From Candidatus Versatilivorator sp. (GTDB lineage Bacteria > Acidobacteriota > Terriglobia > Versatilivoradales > Versatilivoraceae), in the NCBI GenBank assembly GCA_965207735.1, contig OZ242296.1:3744001-3808000 (forward strand): a stretch of 64,000 bases of DNA. Direction: 5' to 3'. Positions 28,560-38,956 of this stretch are shown piece by piece. A program made the translations under genes and the position numbers. How positions within the stretch are numbered: position 1 is the stretch's first letter; every line of letters starts with the position of its first letter. The notes under the pieces were generated by a model. It ran no database searches and was not told the DNA's origin. It saw only the letters and a program-made list of their open reading frames with translations.

Positions 28560-29681
28560 ATGAAGTGGTCCTGGAAAATCGGGGAATATGCGGGCATCGG
28601 CGTCTACATCCATGCCACCTTTCTGCTGATCATCGGCTATTTCGCCATTACGCACTGGAAGGCCGGGGGCCCCGGCGCAGCCCTGTCGGGGGTCCTGTTC
28701 ATCCTGGCCCTGTTCGTCTGCATCGTGCTTCACGAGTTCGGTCACGCTCTGACGGCACGCAGGTACGGTATCGCCACCCGGGATATCACGCTCCTGCCCA
28801 TCGGGGGCGTGGCCCGTCTGGAGCGGATGCCGGAGGACCCCTGGCAGGAACTCTGGGTAGCCCTGGCCGGCCCCGCCGTCAACATCGTCATCTCCTTGAC
28901 GCTGGCGGCCTGGCTATTGGTAACCAACCAGTGGGGGGCTCTGGATCGAATTGCCTTCGATCAGCTCAGCTTCGGGACATTTCTGCCGATTCTGATGGCG
29001 GTCAACCTGATTCTGGCCGGTTTCAACATGTTGCCGGCCTTTCCCATGGACGGCGGCAGGGTGTTGCGGGCTCTGCTGGCCATGAGAATAGACTACCTGC
29101 GAGCCACCCGGGTCGCCTCCGGCCTCGGTCAAGGGATGGCCTTCCTGTTTGGATTCATCGGACTCTATTCGTGGAATCCTTTTCTGCTGTTTGTGGCCCT
29201 GTTCGTCTGGATGGGAGCCCAGCAGGAAGCGTCCCTGGTGGGCATGAGGTCGGCCCTGGGGGGGATTCCGGTCAGCCATTCCATGGTCACCAACTTTCGC
29301 ACGCTTTCTCCCTACGACTCCCTGGGCCAGGCGGTGGACGAGATTCTGGCCGGCTCTCAGCAGGATTTTCCAGTGGTCGAGGGCGACCGGGTGGTGGGGG
29401 TTCTGACCCGAGCCGACCTGCTGGTAGCGTTGGCCAAGCAGGGATTGAGCACCCCGGTGTCCTCGGTGATGCGGCGGGATTTTCAGATGGTGGAGGCCAC
29501 CGAAATGCTGGAAATGGCTTTTGTCCGGCTGCAGCAGTGCAAGTGCCGCACCATGCCCGTGGTCCGAAACGGCCGCCTTTCGGGTCTTCTGACCATGGAG
29601 AACGTGGGCGAGTTCCTCAGCATTCATTCCGCCCTGAACCAGTCCAAGCGGGGATTCAAGCACAGCGTCTTCGAATCCTGA
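28560..29681 (+). CDS. Site-2 protease (M50) with CBS pair, Rip3-like
   Basis: HEFGH, NMLPAFPMDGGR, two CBS domains. Confidence 0.95.
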   Translation: MKWSWKIGEYAGIGVYIHATFLLIIGYFAITHWKAGGPGAALSGVLFILALFVCIVLHEFGHALTARRYGIATRDITLLPIGGVARLERMPEDPWQELWVALAGPAVNIVISLTLAAWLLVTNQWGALDRIAFDQLSFGTFLPILMAVNLILAGFNMLPAFPMDGGRVLRALLAMRIDYLRATRVASGLGQGMAFLFGFIGLYSWNPFLLFVALFVWMGAQQEASLVGMRSALGGIPVSHSMVTNFRTLSPYDSLGQAVDEILAGSQQDFPVVEGDRVVGVLTRADLLVALAKQGLSTPVSSVMRRDFQMVEATEMLEMAFVRLQQCKCRTMPVVRNGRLSGLLTMENVGEFLSIHSALNQSKRGFKHSVFES

Positions 29682-29682
29682 T

Positions 29683-31053
29683 TCACGTGCCGGTCCTGGC
29701 GGGACTTGCCGGCATCCCTTCACCGGCTCCCTGCAGGACGGCCTGGAACAATTCGTTCACGTGGAAGCCGCCGCCCCTGACGGGCACACCCAGCCGTTCC
29801 TCCAGGTCTGCGCGCACCCAGTCATCCAGAAACAGGTCTTCTTCCCCGGTCATGGACTCCGAGGGGATGACGACGAAATCTCCGTGGACCCGCCCGCTCA
29901 GGCTCGCGAAAATATCCGAACCGGTCAGCAGCCCCGCCACCGTGATCCCGCCGCCGAAATAGCGGTTTTCGACCAACTCGCAACGCAGCTCGGTTCCCAG
30001 GGCCCTATTCATGCGTTCAACACAGTCCCGCAGGATCGGATGGAAGATCCTGCCGGTCGCGACCGTGCCGCGAATCGGCGCCGCGGCCGGCTCCCACTGG
30101 TTTTGCATCTCCCGGTGGAAGTCGTCCAGGAAGGTCCGAACCATGCCCACCCCGTTCTCTACCAGCGGAAAATCCCCGTAGTGGGTCCGGGGCGGAATGG
30201 GCTGCGAGGCCATGATGTAGAACTCGTCTCCCAGAAAACAGAAGGGGGTGGGGTGGGATTTTCGAATGCGTTCCTGGATGGTGGAGACGTGGGCAATGGT
30301 CTTGCGGGCGTAGTCGGCGTCGACCGGCGTCAATTGGGGCAGCCCCCGGCGGTGATTCGTCAGGCCGACCGGGACGATCGACAGGGTCATGACCTGGGGA
30401 TGAAACGCCAGCAGATCCCGGATGCTTCTCTCCAGGTGGGCTCCGTCGTTGATCCCCGGCATGAGCACGATCTGAGTGTGCAATCGGATACCACCGGCAA
30501 TGAGGCGGCGGATATTTCCCAGCAGGTCGTCGGGCCGGCGGTTTTGCAGCAGATATTGGCGCAGCCCGGGCTCGGTGGCGTGGACGGAAACGTAGAGGGG
30601 CGAGAGCCGCTGCTCGAAAATTCGTTGATAGTCTTTCTCGGAGAGGTTGGTAAGGGTCAGGTAGTGGCCGAACAGGAATGAGAGCCGGAAGTCTTCGTCC
30701 TTGACCCTCAAGGTGCGGCGAACCTGCTTGCCGCGCGGCAGTTGGTGGACGAAGCAGAAGATGCAGTTGTTCTTGCAGATCCGGGTCTGAATGGGCTCGA
30801 GTTCGAGGCCCAGGTCTTCGTCCTCCTCTTTTTCAATCTCGATATCCCACAGCTCTCCCGACTTCTTGGCCACCTTGAGGCTCAGCTCCCGATCGACCAG
30901 CGAGCTCAGGTAGCGGTAGTCCAGCGCATCTTCCACCTCACGCCGGTCGATGGAGAGCAGGCGGTCGCCGGGTTCGATGCCCACCTCCTGAGCAATGGAG
31001 CCGTCTTCCACGCTATCGACGGCGACTCCCGGGATCGAAGTGTTTTCGGGCAT
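29683..31053 (-). CDS. PDZ + radical SAM DUF512 protein
   Basis: N-terminal PDZ, CKNNCIFC, KDEDFRLSFL, ENGVG, VAGLLTG; start MPEN (track ORF over-extended). Confidence 0.92.
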   Translation of the reverse strand: MPENTSIPGVAVDSVEDGSIAQEVGIEPGDRLLSIDRREVEDALDYRYLSSLVDRELSLKVAKKSGELWDIEIEKEEDEDLGLELEPIQTRICKNNCIFCFVHQLPRGKQVRRTLRVKDEDFRLSFLFGHYLTLTNLSEKDYQRIFEQRLSPLYVSVHATEPGLRQYLLQNRRPDDLLGNIRRLIAGGIRLHTQIVLMPGINDGAHLERSIRDLLAFHPQVMTLSIVPVGLTNHRRGLPQLTPVDADYARKTIAHVSTIQERIRKSHPTPFCFLGDEFYIMASQPIPPRTHYGDFPLVENGVGMVRTFLDDFHREMQNQWEPAAAPIRGTVATGRIFHPILRDCVERMNRALGTELRCELVENRYFGGGITVAGLLTGSDIFASLSGRVHGDFVVIPSESMTGEEDLFLDDWVRADLEERLGVPVRGGGFHVNELFQAVLQGAGEGMPASPARTGT

Positions 31054-31082
31054 GGCGGCAGGGGGATGGCTCTTTGCGGCGC

Positions 31083-31655
31083 TCAGGCTGGCGCCGGTCC
31101 CTCGGAGACCATTCTCTTTCCCCGGTAAATGTAGTGCAGTCCCGAGAAGACCGTAATGGCTCCCGTGAGGGGGTATAGCACGAACAGCCATTGGGGAGAG
31201 GTCCCCAGGTAGTTGAAAAGCAGCACCAGGGTCAGGGTAACGATCTGCATGAGCGTGGCGGCCTTGCCGAAAATGGAGGGCGGAAAATTCCGATGACCGG
31301 TGATCAAAAGAATGATGAGAGTGCTCACGATCAGAAAGACATCCCGGCTGAGAATCAGGATGGTGAGCCAGAGCGGTATCAGGTTGGGCAGCTCCAGGTC
31401 CTTGATGGACAGCACGACGAAGGCGGTGGACAGCAGCAGCTTGTCGGCGATGGGATCCAGCAGGGCTCCCAGGGAGGTCTTCTGCTGCAGCCACCGGGCC
31501 ATCAGGCCGTCCAGGCCATCAGTGACACCGGCCAGCAGGAAGACGAAGAAGGCCCAGCCGAGCTGTTCGTAGAGCAACAGGTTGACGAACACCGGAATGA
31601 AGGCCATTCTCAGAATGGTGATCTGATTGGCAGGCGTGAGCAGTTGGGAGGTCAT
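31083..31655 (-). CDS. CDP-alcohol phosphatidyltransferase (PgsA-like)
   Basis: NQITILR, DGLDGLMAR...GALLDPIADK. Confidence 0.92.
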   Translation of the reverse strand: MTSQLLTPANQITILRMAFIPVFVNLLLYEQLGWAFFVFLLAGVTDGLDGLMARWLQQKTSLGALLDPIADKLLLSTAFVVLSIKDLELPNLIPLWLTILILSRDVFLIVSTLIILLITGHRNFPPSIFGKAATLMQIVTLTLVLLFNYLGTSPQWLFVLYPLTGAITVFSGLHYIYRGKRMVSEGPAPA

Positions 31656-31889
31656 CGCCAGGGGCCGGACAACCGGTCGAAAACGGCAAATGTTAACGGG
31701 CCGCGCGAAAGACTGTCAACGCAATTCCCGGCCATCAAACGGGCCGCGACAGACAAGAACGGGGCACCGGCGGAAGCAACAGGCGGACCCTGCTCCATTC
31801 GCCAATGGCCTCTACCGGCAAGGAGTCATGCCTTGCGGGCGCCTGAATGCGGGAGGCCTTTAGAATGAGGTGTTTCGGGAAGAAAGGGA

Positions 31890-31964
<75 letters not shown>

Positions 31965-32045
31965 CGACCCGGGTTGAAATCCTCGCCGGGGATTGTGGCA
32001 CGCCTCCTTCGGCCTTGACAAGCTCAAAATCCGAGGCCGACCCGG

Positions 32046-32216
32046 CTTGTCTGAAACAAACGAAAAAAGACAAAAGAAAAAGAGTGATCCACGAAGGGAC
32101 ACGAAGGACGACGAAGGGACACTAAGGCGCTGAGGTTAACCGCGACGGGGTACCAAGATCGCGAGAGGACTATCGATTTCCGATTGTTTCACCCTCGTAT
32201 GATCTGCCCGGCAGGG
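32046..32216 (+). repeat. Modular repeat unit A, copy 1
   Basis: CTTGTCTGAAACAA...CACGAAGG repeats...CACTAAGGCGCTGAGGTTAACCGCGACGGGGTACCAAG...TTGTTTCA-tail; closely similar at 51228, 63003, 63187. Confidence 0.9.
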
Positions 32217-32247
32217 AAGGGGCCGGACTTTTTAGGTATTGATAGTC

Positions 32248-32371
32248 CCCGGGCGAACGCCCGGGCGACCCATTGAGCCGCGGAGCGGCGCCAGCAGGTA
32301 GCCGTGGGCGTCAGCCCATGGGAAACGTCGCCTATGGGTGTCGAGCCGCGTAGGCGGCGGCAGCAAATGCC
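32248..32371. repeat. REP-like hairpin cluster
   Basis: GCCGCGGAGCGGC and TAGCCGTGGGCGTCAGCCCATGGGAAA hairpins, repeated at 38711-38911. Confidence 0.8.
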
Positions 32372-32411
32372 GGTGAGCCCAAGTGAAGCACAAGCCGACG
32401 CAAGGATGATT

Positions 32412-32790
32412 TGAAACAACGCCTTGTGCCGGGTGGCGGAACATCCGTTCAAAGTCAAGCATAGTCAGACGGCTAATTTACATGGATGCACAGGATGGAC
32501 AGGATTATTCGGCGAGAGTTTCCACCGTCGTGAGTTCAACCGTCGCCTCCGTTCCAACACGGATTTCCCAAAACCCGCTCCCAGGCTCTTGGATTACTTC
32601 CAGCACCCACCCGATCATCAAGCGGGTCTGCTTCTGTGGCACAGCCTCCCGTGCTGTTTATCCTGTATATCCTGTGCATCCATGTTCAATCAGTAGAAAA
32701 CCGGTTTGCCACGACAGGGTCCTTGTTCCCGGCAGGCCATGAAGATGCGTTGTTTCACGCTCGAATGATCCGTCCCGTCGTCGGGGACGG
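32412..32790 (+). repeat. Modular repeat unit B with nested palindromic element
   Basis: TGAAACAA (32412) to TTGTTTCA (32750) plus tail; internal arms ACATGGATGCACAGGATGGACAGGAT (32480) / ATCCTGTATATCCTGTGCATCCATGT (32660); homologous to 51416-51635. Confidence 0.85.
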
Positions 32791-32797
32791 AGCCTCG

Positions 32798-33178
32798 CTA
32801 CCTGGAGCTTCCAGCCGGCGGCGCGGAGGGACGGCTGAGAACGAACAGGGCCACCCCCAGGCTGATCAGTATCAGCACCACCTGAAGGTAGGGCGAGCGC
32901 ACCACGAACCACACGCTGTAGCCGACCAGGCCGAACATCAGCACCACCGAGGCGGCCTTGGCCCCCGGGCGGATCACTTGTCCGTTTTCCCAGTCGCGCA
33001 GAATGGGTCCGAAGCGCCGGTGGGCTCGCAGCCATTGGTGAATCCGAGGCGAGCTCCTGGAGAAAAAGTAGGCGGCCAGCAATACCAGCGGGGTGGTGGG
33101 AACCAGGGGAAGGAATATCCCTGCGAATCCAATCGACAGAGACACAAGTCCCAAGGCCAAGTAGAGTTTTCTGATCAT
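32798..33178 (-). CDS. ybaN: YbaN/DUF454 membrane protein
   Basis: LPLVPTTPLVLLAAYFFSRSSPRIHQWL..H..FG. Confidence 0.92.
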   Translation of the reverse strand: MIRKLYLALGLVSLSIGFAGIFLPLVPTTPLVLLAAYFFSRSSPRIHQWLRAHRRFGPILRDWENGQVIRPGAKAASVVLMFGLVGYSVWFVVRSPYLQVVLILISLGVALFVLSRPSAPPAGSSR

Positions 33179-33282
33179 GGATCCAAAAGCAAGAACCCGT
33201 CGTCAGTGGGGAGTTGAACGCGAGCCACCGGTGTCCTGCCTTGTTTCATTGGAGACGAGTGGACAGAAATCTGGCTAATATG

Positions 33283-33298
33283 ATACAGATATCTGTAT
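33283..33298. promoter_or_regulatory. Perfect palindrome over the vapB start, probable operator
   Basis: ATACAGATATCTGTAT, 16-bp perfect palindrome. Confidence 0.6.
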
Positions 33299-33539
33299 GA
33301 AAACGACTCTCAACTTTGATGACCACCTGATCCGCACCGCCAAGATCCGTGCCGCTCAGCAAGGGGAGACCCTGACGCGACTGATCGAACGCGCCCTGCG
33401 AGATTACCTTCAAGCCGGTCCACATGACTCGGCGCGCCAGTTTCGGGCCAAGTTGCTGACCAAGCGAGGCCGTGCGGTCGCCGGGGTCAATCTGGACGAC
33501 CGGGACGCCCTCTACGAGCGGATGGAGGCGCCCGATTGA
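33297..33539 (+). CDS. vapB: VapB-type RHH antitoxin
   Basis: MKTTLNFDDHL...LIERALR; overlaps the PIN gene. Confidence 0.88.
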   Translation: MKTTLNFDDHLIRTAKIRAAQQGETLTRLIERALRDYLQAGPHDSARQFRAKLLTKRGRAVAGVNLDDRDALYERMEAPD

Positions 33540-33967
33540 TTGCGGTCGACACGAACATTCTTGTTCATGCGCACCGCGAGGAGTCGCCCAAGCATCTCGC
33601 CGCTCACGCACGCGTCGTCGCCCTCGCCGAGTCCCCTGCCCGCTGGGGTATCCCGGTATTTTGCGTCGGCGAATTCGTTCGCGTCATCACCCACCCCAGG
33701 CTGTTCAATCCTCCTTACTCCGCCAACGAAGCGTGCCAGGCACTGACCAGGCTGCTTGCCTCACCGAGTGTGACCGTGGTCCGCCCCGGTTCCGCCTATC
33801 CGGAGCTCCTGTTGGAAGCGCTCCGCGAGGCAAACGCCATTGGGAACGTAGCGTTCGATGCTCAGATTGTGGCACTGTGCCGGGAGAACGGCATTTCCCG
33901 CCTCTTGACAGAGGATCGCGACTTCGACCGCTTCCGGGGCCTCGTCATCGAACGCCTCGAGGTGTGA
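33536..33967 (+). CDS. vapC: VapC PIN-domain toxin
   Basis: VDTNIL, E, DAQI, TEDRDF. Confidence 0.93.
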   Translation: MIAVDTNILVHAHREESPKHLAAHARVVALAESPARWGIPVFCVGEFVRVITHPRLFNPPYSANEACQALTRLLASPSVTVVRPGSAYPELLLEALREANAIGNVAFDAQIVALCRENGISRLLTEDRDFDRFRGLVIERLEV

Positions 33968-33998
33968 TCACGGTCAGAAGCCGATTCCCAATATCCGG

Positions 33999-35459
33999 TC
34001 AACCTCCCAGCCTTGCCCGGACGTGGCCCACCCCGACCGTGATCAGACAGCCTATCAAGGTGTGCCAGGTGTAGTCGATTCGGGTCAGTGTCAGGACGAG
34101 GGCCATGGTCAGAATGCCGGCCAGGAATCCGGCGAGGGCGTCGCCGGATCTGGGCCGCTTGGACAGAAGCCCCAGGAAGAAGATTCCCAACAGGCTGCCG
34201 TAGGTCACCGAGGCGATGCGCAGCCCCAACTCCACCACCGGGTTGCGGGTGTCGGTGAAGAGCATGGCGCCCCCGATGAGGGCCAGTCCCCAAAGCAGGG
34301 TGAAGGTTCTGGACCAGAACATCTCCTGCCGGGCATCGAAAGCCCGGGCTCGTTTGGAAATACGGAACAGGTCCAGGTAGGTGGAGGAGGCCAGGGAGCT
34401 GATGGCCGAGGAGAGGGTCCCCATGGCGGAGGCCAGCACGCCGGCGATGACCAGCCCGGCCAGTCCGCTGGGGAGCTGCTCCACGATGAACTTGGGAAAC
34501 ACCTGGTCGGAACTCTTCAGTCCGAGCTGAGTGAGGTCGGCGCCGCCGTAAAAGGCGAACAGGCACAGTCCCAGCATCAGGAAGAACGCGAACTGGAGCA
34601 CGATGACGGCAGCGTCCAGAAGCAGGGCCCGCTGGCTTTCCCGGGCGTTCCGGCAGGCCAGCAGGCGTTGGACCAGGAGTTGGTCGGTGCCGTGAGAGGC
34701 CATGGTCAGAAAGATTCCTCCCAGCAGGCTCCCGGTCAGGGTGTAGGGAGAGGTCAGCCACTCCATCAGGCCCGCTCCTCCGAAGGGGTTCAGCACCGAG
34801 AGCTTGTCTGCGCCGGCCGCGGTGCTGAAGCGGACCACGTCCTCCCACCCCTGGGGCAGGTGGTTCAATATGAGAGCCATGGCTACGGCGGCCCCGGCCA
34901 GGTAGATGAACGTCTGCACCACGTCCATGGCCACCACTGCCTTGAGTCCCCCCATGTAAGTGTAGATAAGGGTAAAGACGCCAATCAGGAGGATGCTTGC
35001 CGGGTAGCTCAGCCCGGTGATGAGGTGGAGGGGAATGGCCGAGGCGAACAGGCGAACCCCCGAGGCCAGCACTCGGGTGACGATGAAGACGGAGGAGGTC
35101 AATCGGCGCAGGGGCAGGCCGAACCGTTTGCCGATGAAGTCGTAGGCGGTCTCCAGTTCCCCACGATAGTAGGCCGGGATGAAGAAGAGAGCCACCAGGC
35201 AGCGTCCGACAAAGTAACCCAGGGCCAGTTGGAGGAAGTGCAGGTTTCCCTGGTAAGCCAGGCCGGGAACGCTGATGAAGGTCAGGGTGCTGGTCTCGCT
35301 GGCCACCACCGAGAGCCCCACCGCCCACCAGGGTAAGGCACGGCCGCCCAGGAAATAGTCTCGGGAAGACTGCTGGCGGCCGCCGATTCGGGTGCCGATC
35401 CAGGCCACGCCCACAAGGTAGACCGCGATGATGGCGTAGTCGAGGGGGTTGAGGCCCAT
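33999..35459 (-). CDS. Sodium:solute symporter
   Basis: DYFLGGR.LPWW, SETSTLTF, GG.KAV, DQLLVQR. Confidence 0.93.
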   Translation of the reverse strand: MGLNPLDYAIIAVYLVGVAWIGTRIGGRQQSSRDYFLGGRALPWWAVGLSVVASETSTLTFISVPGLAYQGNLHFLQLALGYFVGRCLVALFFIPAYYRGELETAYDFIGKRFGLPLRRLTSSVFIVTRVLASGVRLFASAIPLHLITGLSYPASILLIGVFTLIYTYMGGLKAVVAMDVVQTFIYLAGAAVAMALILNHLPQGWEDVVRFSTAAGADKLSVLNPFGGAGLMEWLTSPYTLTGSLLGGIFLTMASHGTDQLLVQRLLACRNARESQRALLLDAAVIVLQFAFFLMLGLCLFAFYGGADLTQLGLKSSDQVFPKFIVEQLPSGLAGLVIAGVLASAMGTLSSAISSLASSTYLDLFRISKRARAFDARQEMFWSRTFTLLWGLALIGGAMLFTDTRNPVVELGLRIASVTYGSLLGIFFLGLLSKRPRSGDALAGFLAGILTMALVLTLTRIDYTWHTLIGCLITVGVGHVRARLGG

Positions 35460-35600
35460 AAGCGAACGGTTCTCTAGCTCGCACTATGAATCCGCCGACC
35501 TGGTGAGAAATGCGGGCTCGGGTGCCCGTCCGAAAGGGGCGGGTCGACTCAACCCCCCAACCTCTCTACCACCCTCAAAAACAAGGCAGGCGTGGTCCTT

Positions 35601-36932
35601 TCAGCGGGACCACCCGGCAAAGACCTCGGCGGCCGCGGCCACGGTCTCTTCGATGTCGGCGGGGGTGTGGGCCGTAGAGAGGAAGGCGGCTTCGAACTGG
35701 CTGGGAGGCAGATAGATTCCCCGATGCAGCATGTCCCAGAAGAACCGCGAGAAGCGCTCCGGATCGGAGCGCTTGGCCGAGGGGAAGTCAGTGACGGGAG
35801 CGCCGGCGCCTTGGCCGGATTGGGCCTGTTCAGCGCCCGGATTTCCCGGCGTAAAGAAGAGCGTGAACATGCTGCCGACGTGATTTACGTGGACGGAGAC
35901 ACCGGCCTGGTTGGCCGCACGGGTCAGGCCGTCCTGGAGTTGTTCGGCCAGGCGCTCGAGCCCGTCGTAGGTCCCGGGCCGTTCGAGGATTTTCAGGGTG
36001 GCGATGCCAGCGGTTACCGCCAGAGGGTTTCCCGAGAGGGTGCCGGCCTGATAGACGGGACCGGTCGGAGCCAGCCGGCTCATGATCTCGTCTCGACCGC
36101 CGTAAGCCCCGACAGGGAGGCCACCGCCGATGACTTTGCCCAGGATGGTCAGATCCGGCTGAACTCCAAAGCGTTCCTGGGCTCCTCCGTAGGCGATGCG
36201 GAATCCGGTCATCACTTCGTCGAAAATCAGCAGCGCGCCGTGCTGCCGGGTGATGGCGCGCACCCCTTCCAGGAAGCCCGGCTGCGGGGGGACACAACCC
36301 ATGTTCCCGACCACCGGTTCCAGGATCACTGCTGCAATTTTGTCGTTGTGGCGGGCAAAGGCTTCCTCGACCGCGGGCAGTTGGTTGAAGGAGCAGGTCA
36401 GGGTCAGCCGGGCCAGCTCCGAGGGTACGCCGGGGCTGTCGGGCAGTCCCAGGGTCGCCACCCCGGACCCCGCCTTTACCAGCAGGCTGTCGCCGTGGCC
36501 GTGGTAGCACCCCTCGAACTTCAGGATCATGGGACGACCCGTAAAGGCGCGGGCCAGCCGCAGGGCGGCCATGCTGGCTTCGGTGCCGGAGCTGGTGAGG
36601 CGCACCTTCTCAACCGAAGGAAAGGCCTGGTGGATCTGCTCGGCCAATTCCACTTCCCGTTCGGTGGAAGCGCCGAAGCTGGTGCCGGTTTCCAGGACGC
36701 CTCGCAGGGCCGCCATCACCTCGGGGTGGCAGTGACCCAGAATGAGCGGACCCCAGGAGCCCACGTAGTCGAGGTAGCCGTTGCGGTCCACGTCGTAGAT
36801 GCGGGCCCCCTTGCCGTGATCCATGAACAGGGGGTTGCCTCCCACGGCCTGGAAGGCTCTGGCCGGTGAGTTGACGCCGCCCGGAATGAATTTCCGGGCT
36901 CTCTCGTAAAGTTGTTGGGACTTTCGGTACAA
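35601..36932 (-). CDS. hemL: Glutamate-1-semialdehyde 2,1-aminomutase
   Basis: [44 protein letters not shown]. Confidence 0.97.
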   Translation of the reverse strand: MYRKSQQLYERARKFIPGGVNSPARAFQAVGGNPLFMDHGKGARIYDVDRNGYLDYVGSWGPLILGHCHPEVMAALRGVLETGTSFGASTEREVELAEQIHQAFPSVEKVRLTSSGTEASMAALRLARAFTGRPMILKFEGCYHGHGDSLLVKAGSGVATLGLPDSPGVPSELARLTLTCSFNQLPAVEEAFARHNDKIAAVILEPVVGNMGCVPPQPGFLEGVRAITRQHGALLIFDEVMTGFRIAYGGAQERFGVQPDLTILGKVIGGGLPVGAYGGRDEIMSRLAPTGPVYQAGTLSGNPLAVTAGIATLKILERPGTYDGLERLAEQLQDGLTRAANQAGVSVHVNHVGSMFTLFFTPGNPGAEQAQSGQGAGAPVTDFPSAKRSDPERFSRFFWDMLHRGIYLPPSQFEAAFLSTAHTPADIEETVAAAAEVFAGWSR

Positions 36933-36946
36933 GATCCCTCCCTGGG

Positions 36947-37939
36947 CTAGGATCCGGCGGCGGCCTGACCCTGAAGGAGCTTCACCGCCGCCTTGGCGAA
37001 ATAGGTAATGATCCAGTCGGCCCCGGCCCGCCGGATGCAGGTGAGCGATTCCAGGATGGTCTGTGCTTCATCCAGCCAGCCGTTTCTGTGGGCGGCCACG
37101 AGAGCGGAATACTCGCCGCTGACCTGGTAGGCCGCCACCGGCAGATTGAATTCCGTCCTGACCCGGTAGATGACGTCCAGGTAAGGCATGGCCGGTTTGA
37201 CCATCACGATGTCGGTTCCCTCCTCGATGTCCAGAGCGACCTCGCGCAGGGCCTCCCGCTGATTGGCAGGGTCCATCTGATAGGAGCGCCGGTCTCCGAA
37301 TTGAGGGGCCGAGTCGGCCGCCTCCCGGAAGGGTCCATAGAACCCGGAGGCGTATTTGGCAGCGTAGGACAGTATGGGGGTCTTTTCGAATCCGTGATCG
37401 TCCAGCCTGTCCCGAATGGCCTCCACGCGGCCGTCCATCATGTCCGAGGGAGCAATCAGGTCGGCGCCGGCCCGGGCATAGACCAGGGCGGTTCGGGCCA
37501 ATAGTTCGAGGGTGGCGTCGTTGTCGACGTCCCCCTCGTGAACCCGGCCGCAGTGGCCGTGCGAGGTGTACTCGCAGAGACAGACGTCGGTGATGACCAG
37601 CAGATCGGGGACGGCCGCCTTCACGGCTCGCACCGCCGTAGGGATGATGCCCTCCTCGGCGTAGGCGCCGCTGCCCTCGGCATCTTTCGCCGGCGGGATT
37701 CCGAAAAGCAGCACGGCAGGGATTCCCAGCGACTGCACCTGGTGGCACTCCTCCACCAGTCGATCGATGGAAAAGTGGTAGTTCCCGGGCATGGAGGGGA
37801 TCTCCCGCTTCACACCCTCGCCCGGACAGGCGAAGAGGGGATAGATGAAGTCGAGCGGGGAGAGCCGGGTCTCACGCACCATGGCGCGCAGCAGGCGGCT
37901 GCTCCGCAGGCGGCGCGGTCGATAGAATGGCTTGGGCAC
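36947..37939 (-). CDS. hemB: Porphobilinogen synthase (Zn type)
   Basis: [38 protein letters not shown]; start uncertain. Confidence 0.97.
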   Translation of the reverse strand: MPKPFYRPRRLRSSRLLRAMVRETRLSPLDFIYPLFACPGEGVKREIPSMPGNYHFSIDRLVEECHQVQSLGIPAVLLFGIPPAKDAEGSGAYAEEGIIPTAVRAVKAAVPDLLVITDVCLCEYTSHGHCGRVHEGDVDNDATLELLARTALVYARAGADLIAPSDMMDGRVEAIRDRLDDHGFEKTPILSYAAKYASGFYGPFREAADSAPQFGDRRSYQMDPANQREALREVALDIEEGTDIVMVKPAMPYLDVIYRVRTEFNLPVAAYQVSGEYSALVAAHRNGWLDEAQTILESLTCIRRAGADWIITYFAKAAVKLLQGQAAAGS

Positions 37940-38139
37940 GAATCCCCCCGGGGACCCAGGACGGCCCGATTGTAGCACAGGCGCCCGGCTGTCCATGGGC
38001 GGCGGAGTCGGAGTATGGCAGCCCGGCGTCCACCTCCCGCCGCATCAGCTTTCGTCTATAATTATCTCGCCGCAAGCCCGGCGGCGCTGCCTGGAAGTCA
38101 GGATTTTGGCCACCGCAGCCGCGGCAGGGGGGAAAGCGC

Positions 38140-38570
38140 ATGACCAGCCGTCACAACAAGGTAAGGAGTTGTCCAGAGGCGTCAAGCGGCCTTGTCGAGA
38201 TCAGCCGAAGGGGTTTCCTGCAGGCCGGCGCCCTGGCGAGTTCGGGGCGGCTCCGGCCTACAACTGGATGCTGCCCTACACCGATGTCCATCCTGGGACG
38301 GCTTTCACCGAGGTGCCGGTTGCCGATTGGGACAACCCCAGGATGGAGGCCCGGCTGGAGTGGCTGAAGCGTTGGCGCGCCTTCTATCGCGCCACGGCCT
38401 GGTCGGAGATGGTCTCCCACCGGTTCCTCAACGCCGAAAGATCCCTGCAGCAGGTGGCATACGCCAACGGGGTCAAGGCGGACTTCGACTTGGCGAACGG
38501 GCTGTGCCGGGTTCAAGGGGTGTCCGGGTTCAGCGGGGAATGGGAAAAGCCCCACCGGGGACAGCTCTGA
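38140..38570 (+). pseudogene. Internal-deletion remnant of a Tat-exported protein
   Basis: Signal ISRRGFLQAGALA joined out of frame near 38235 to a C-terminal piece EMVSHRFLNAERSLQQVAYANGV..DF. Confidence 0.6.
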
Positions 38571-38710
38571 AGGAGCAAATGGCCTCGGGGGCCGGTGGTT
38601 TCAGTGTAAGATAACCGGGAGCCGGAAGCCGGCGGACGACACTGCCGGGGCAAGGGATTTTCTGATTGACTATACCCGTGACGCCAGCCCGGAGAATGGG
38701 GGACATTCCT

Positions 38711-38911
38711 TAGCCGTGGGGGTCAGCCCATGGGAAACGTCCCGTACGGGAGTTGAGCCGCGAATGCGGCGGCAGCAAATGCCTTAAGCAGATGCCAAGC
38801 GCTGACTAACGAAATGGCGTTTCTCAGCTGCACATAGGCAGCGTGAGCCGGCTTCCTTGAGAGCCGCGAAGCGGCGCCAGCACATAGCCGTGGGCGTCAG
38901 CCCATGGGAAA
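38711..38911. repeat. Two REP-like hairpin units
   Basis: TAGCCGTGGGSGTCAGCCCATGGGAAA at 38711 and 38885 with GAGCCGCG..GCGGCG hairpins. Confidence 0.8.
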
Positions 38912-38956
38912 CCGGAGCGGCGGTCAGCCAACTCGCGTCTACCGTGAAATAGAGTA

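Noticed and set aside
32482-32742. Small ORFs containing MDAQD (also 51478..51714) and ORFs 32189, 51696, 63326
   Set aside because: Translations of periodic repeat arms and REP sequences
33241-33248. Isolated TTGTTTCA octamers (also near 60439)
   Set aside because: Lack the conserved tail; compatible with chance
35601-37939. hemL-hemB as part of the cytochrome system
   Set aside because: Housekeeping genes about 14 kb from the cluster with unrelated genes between; no evidence of linkage
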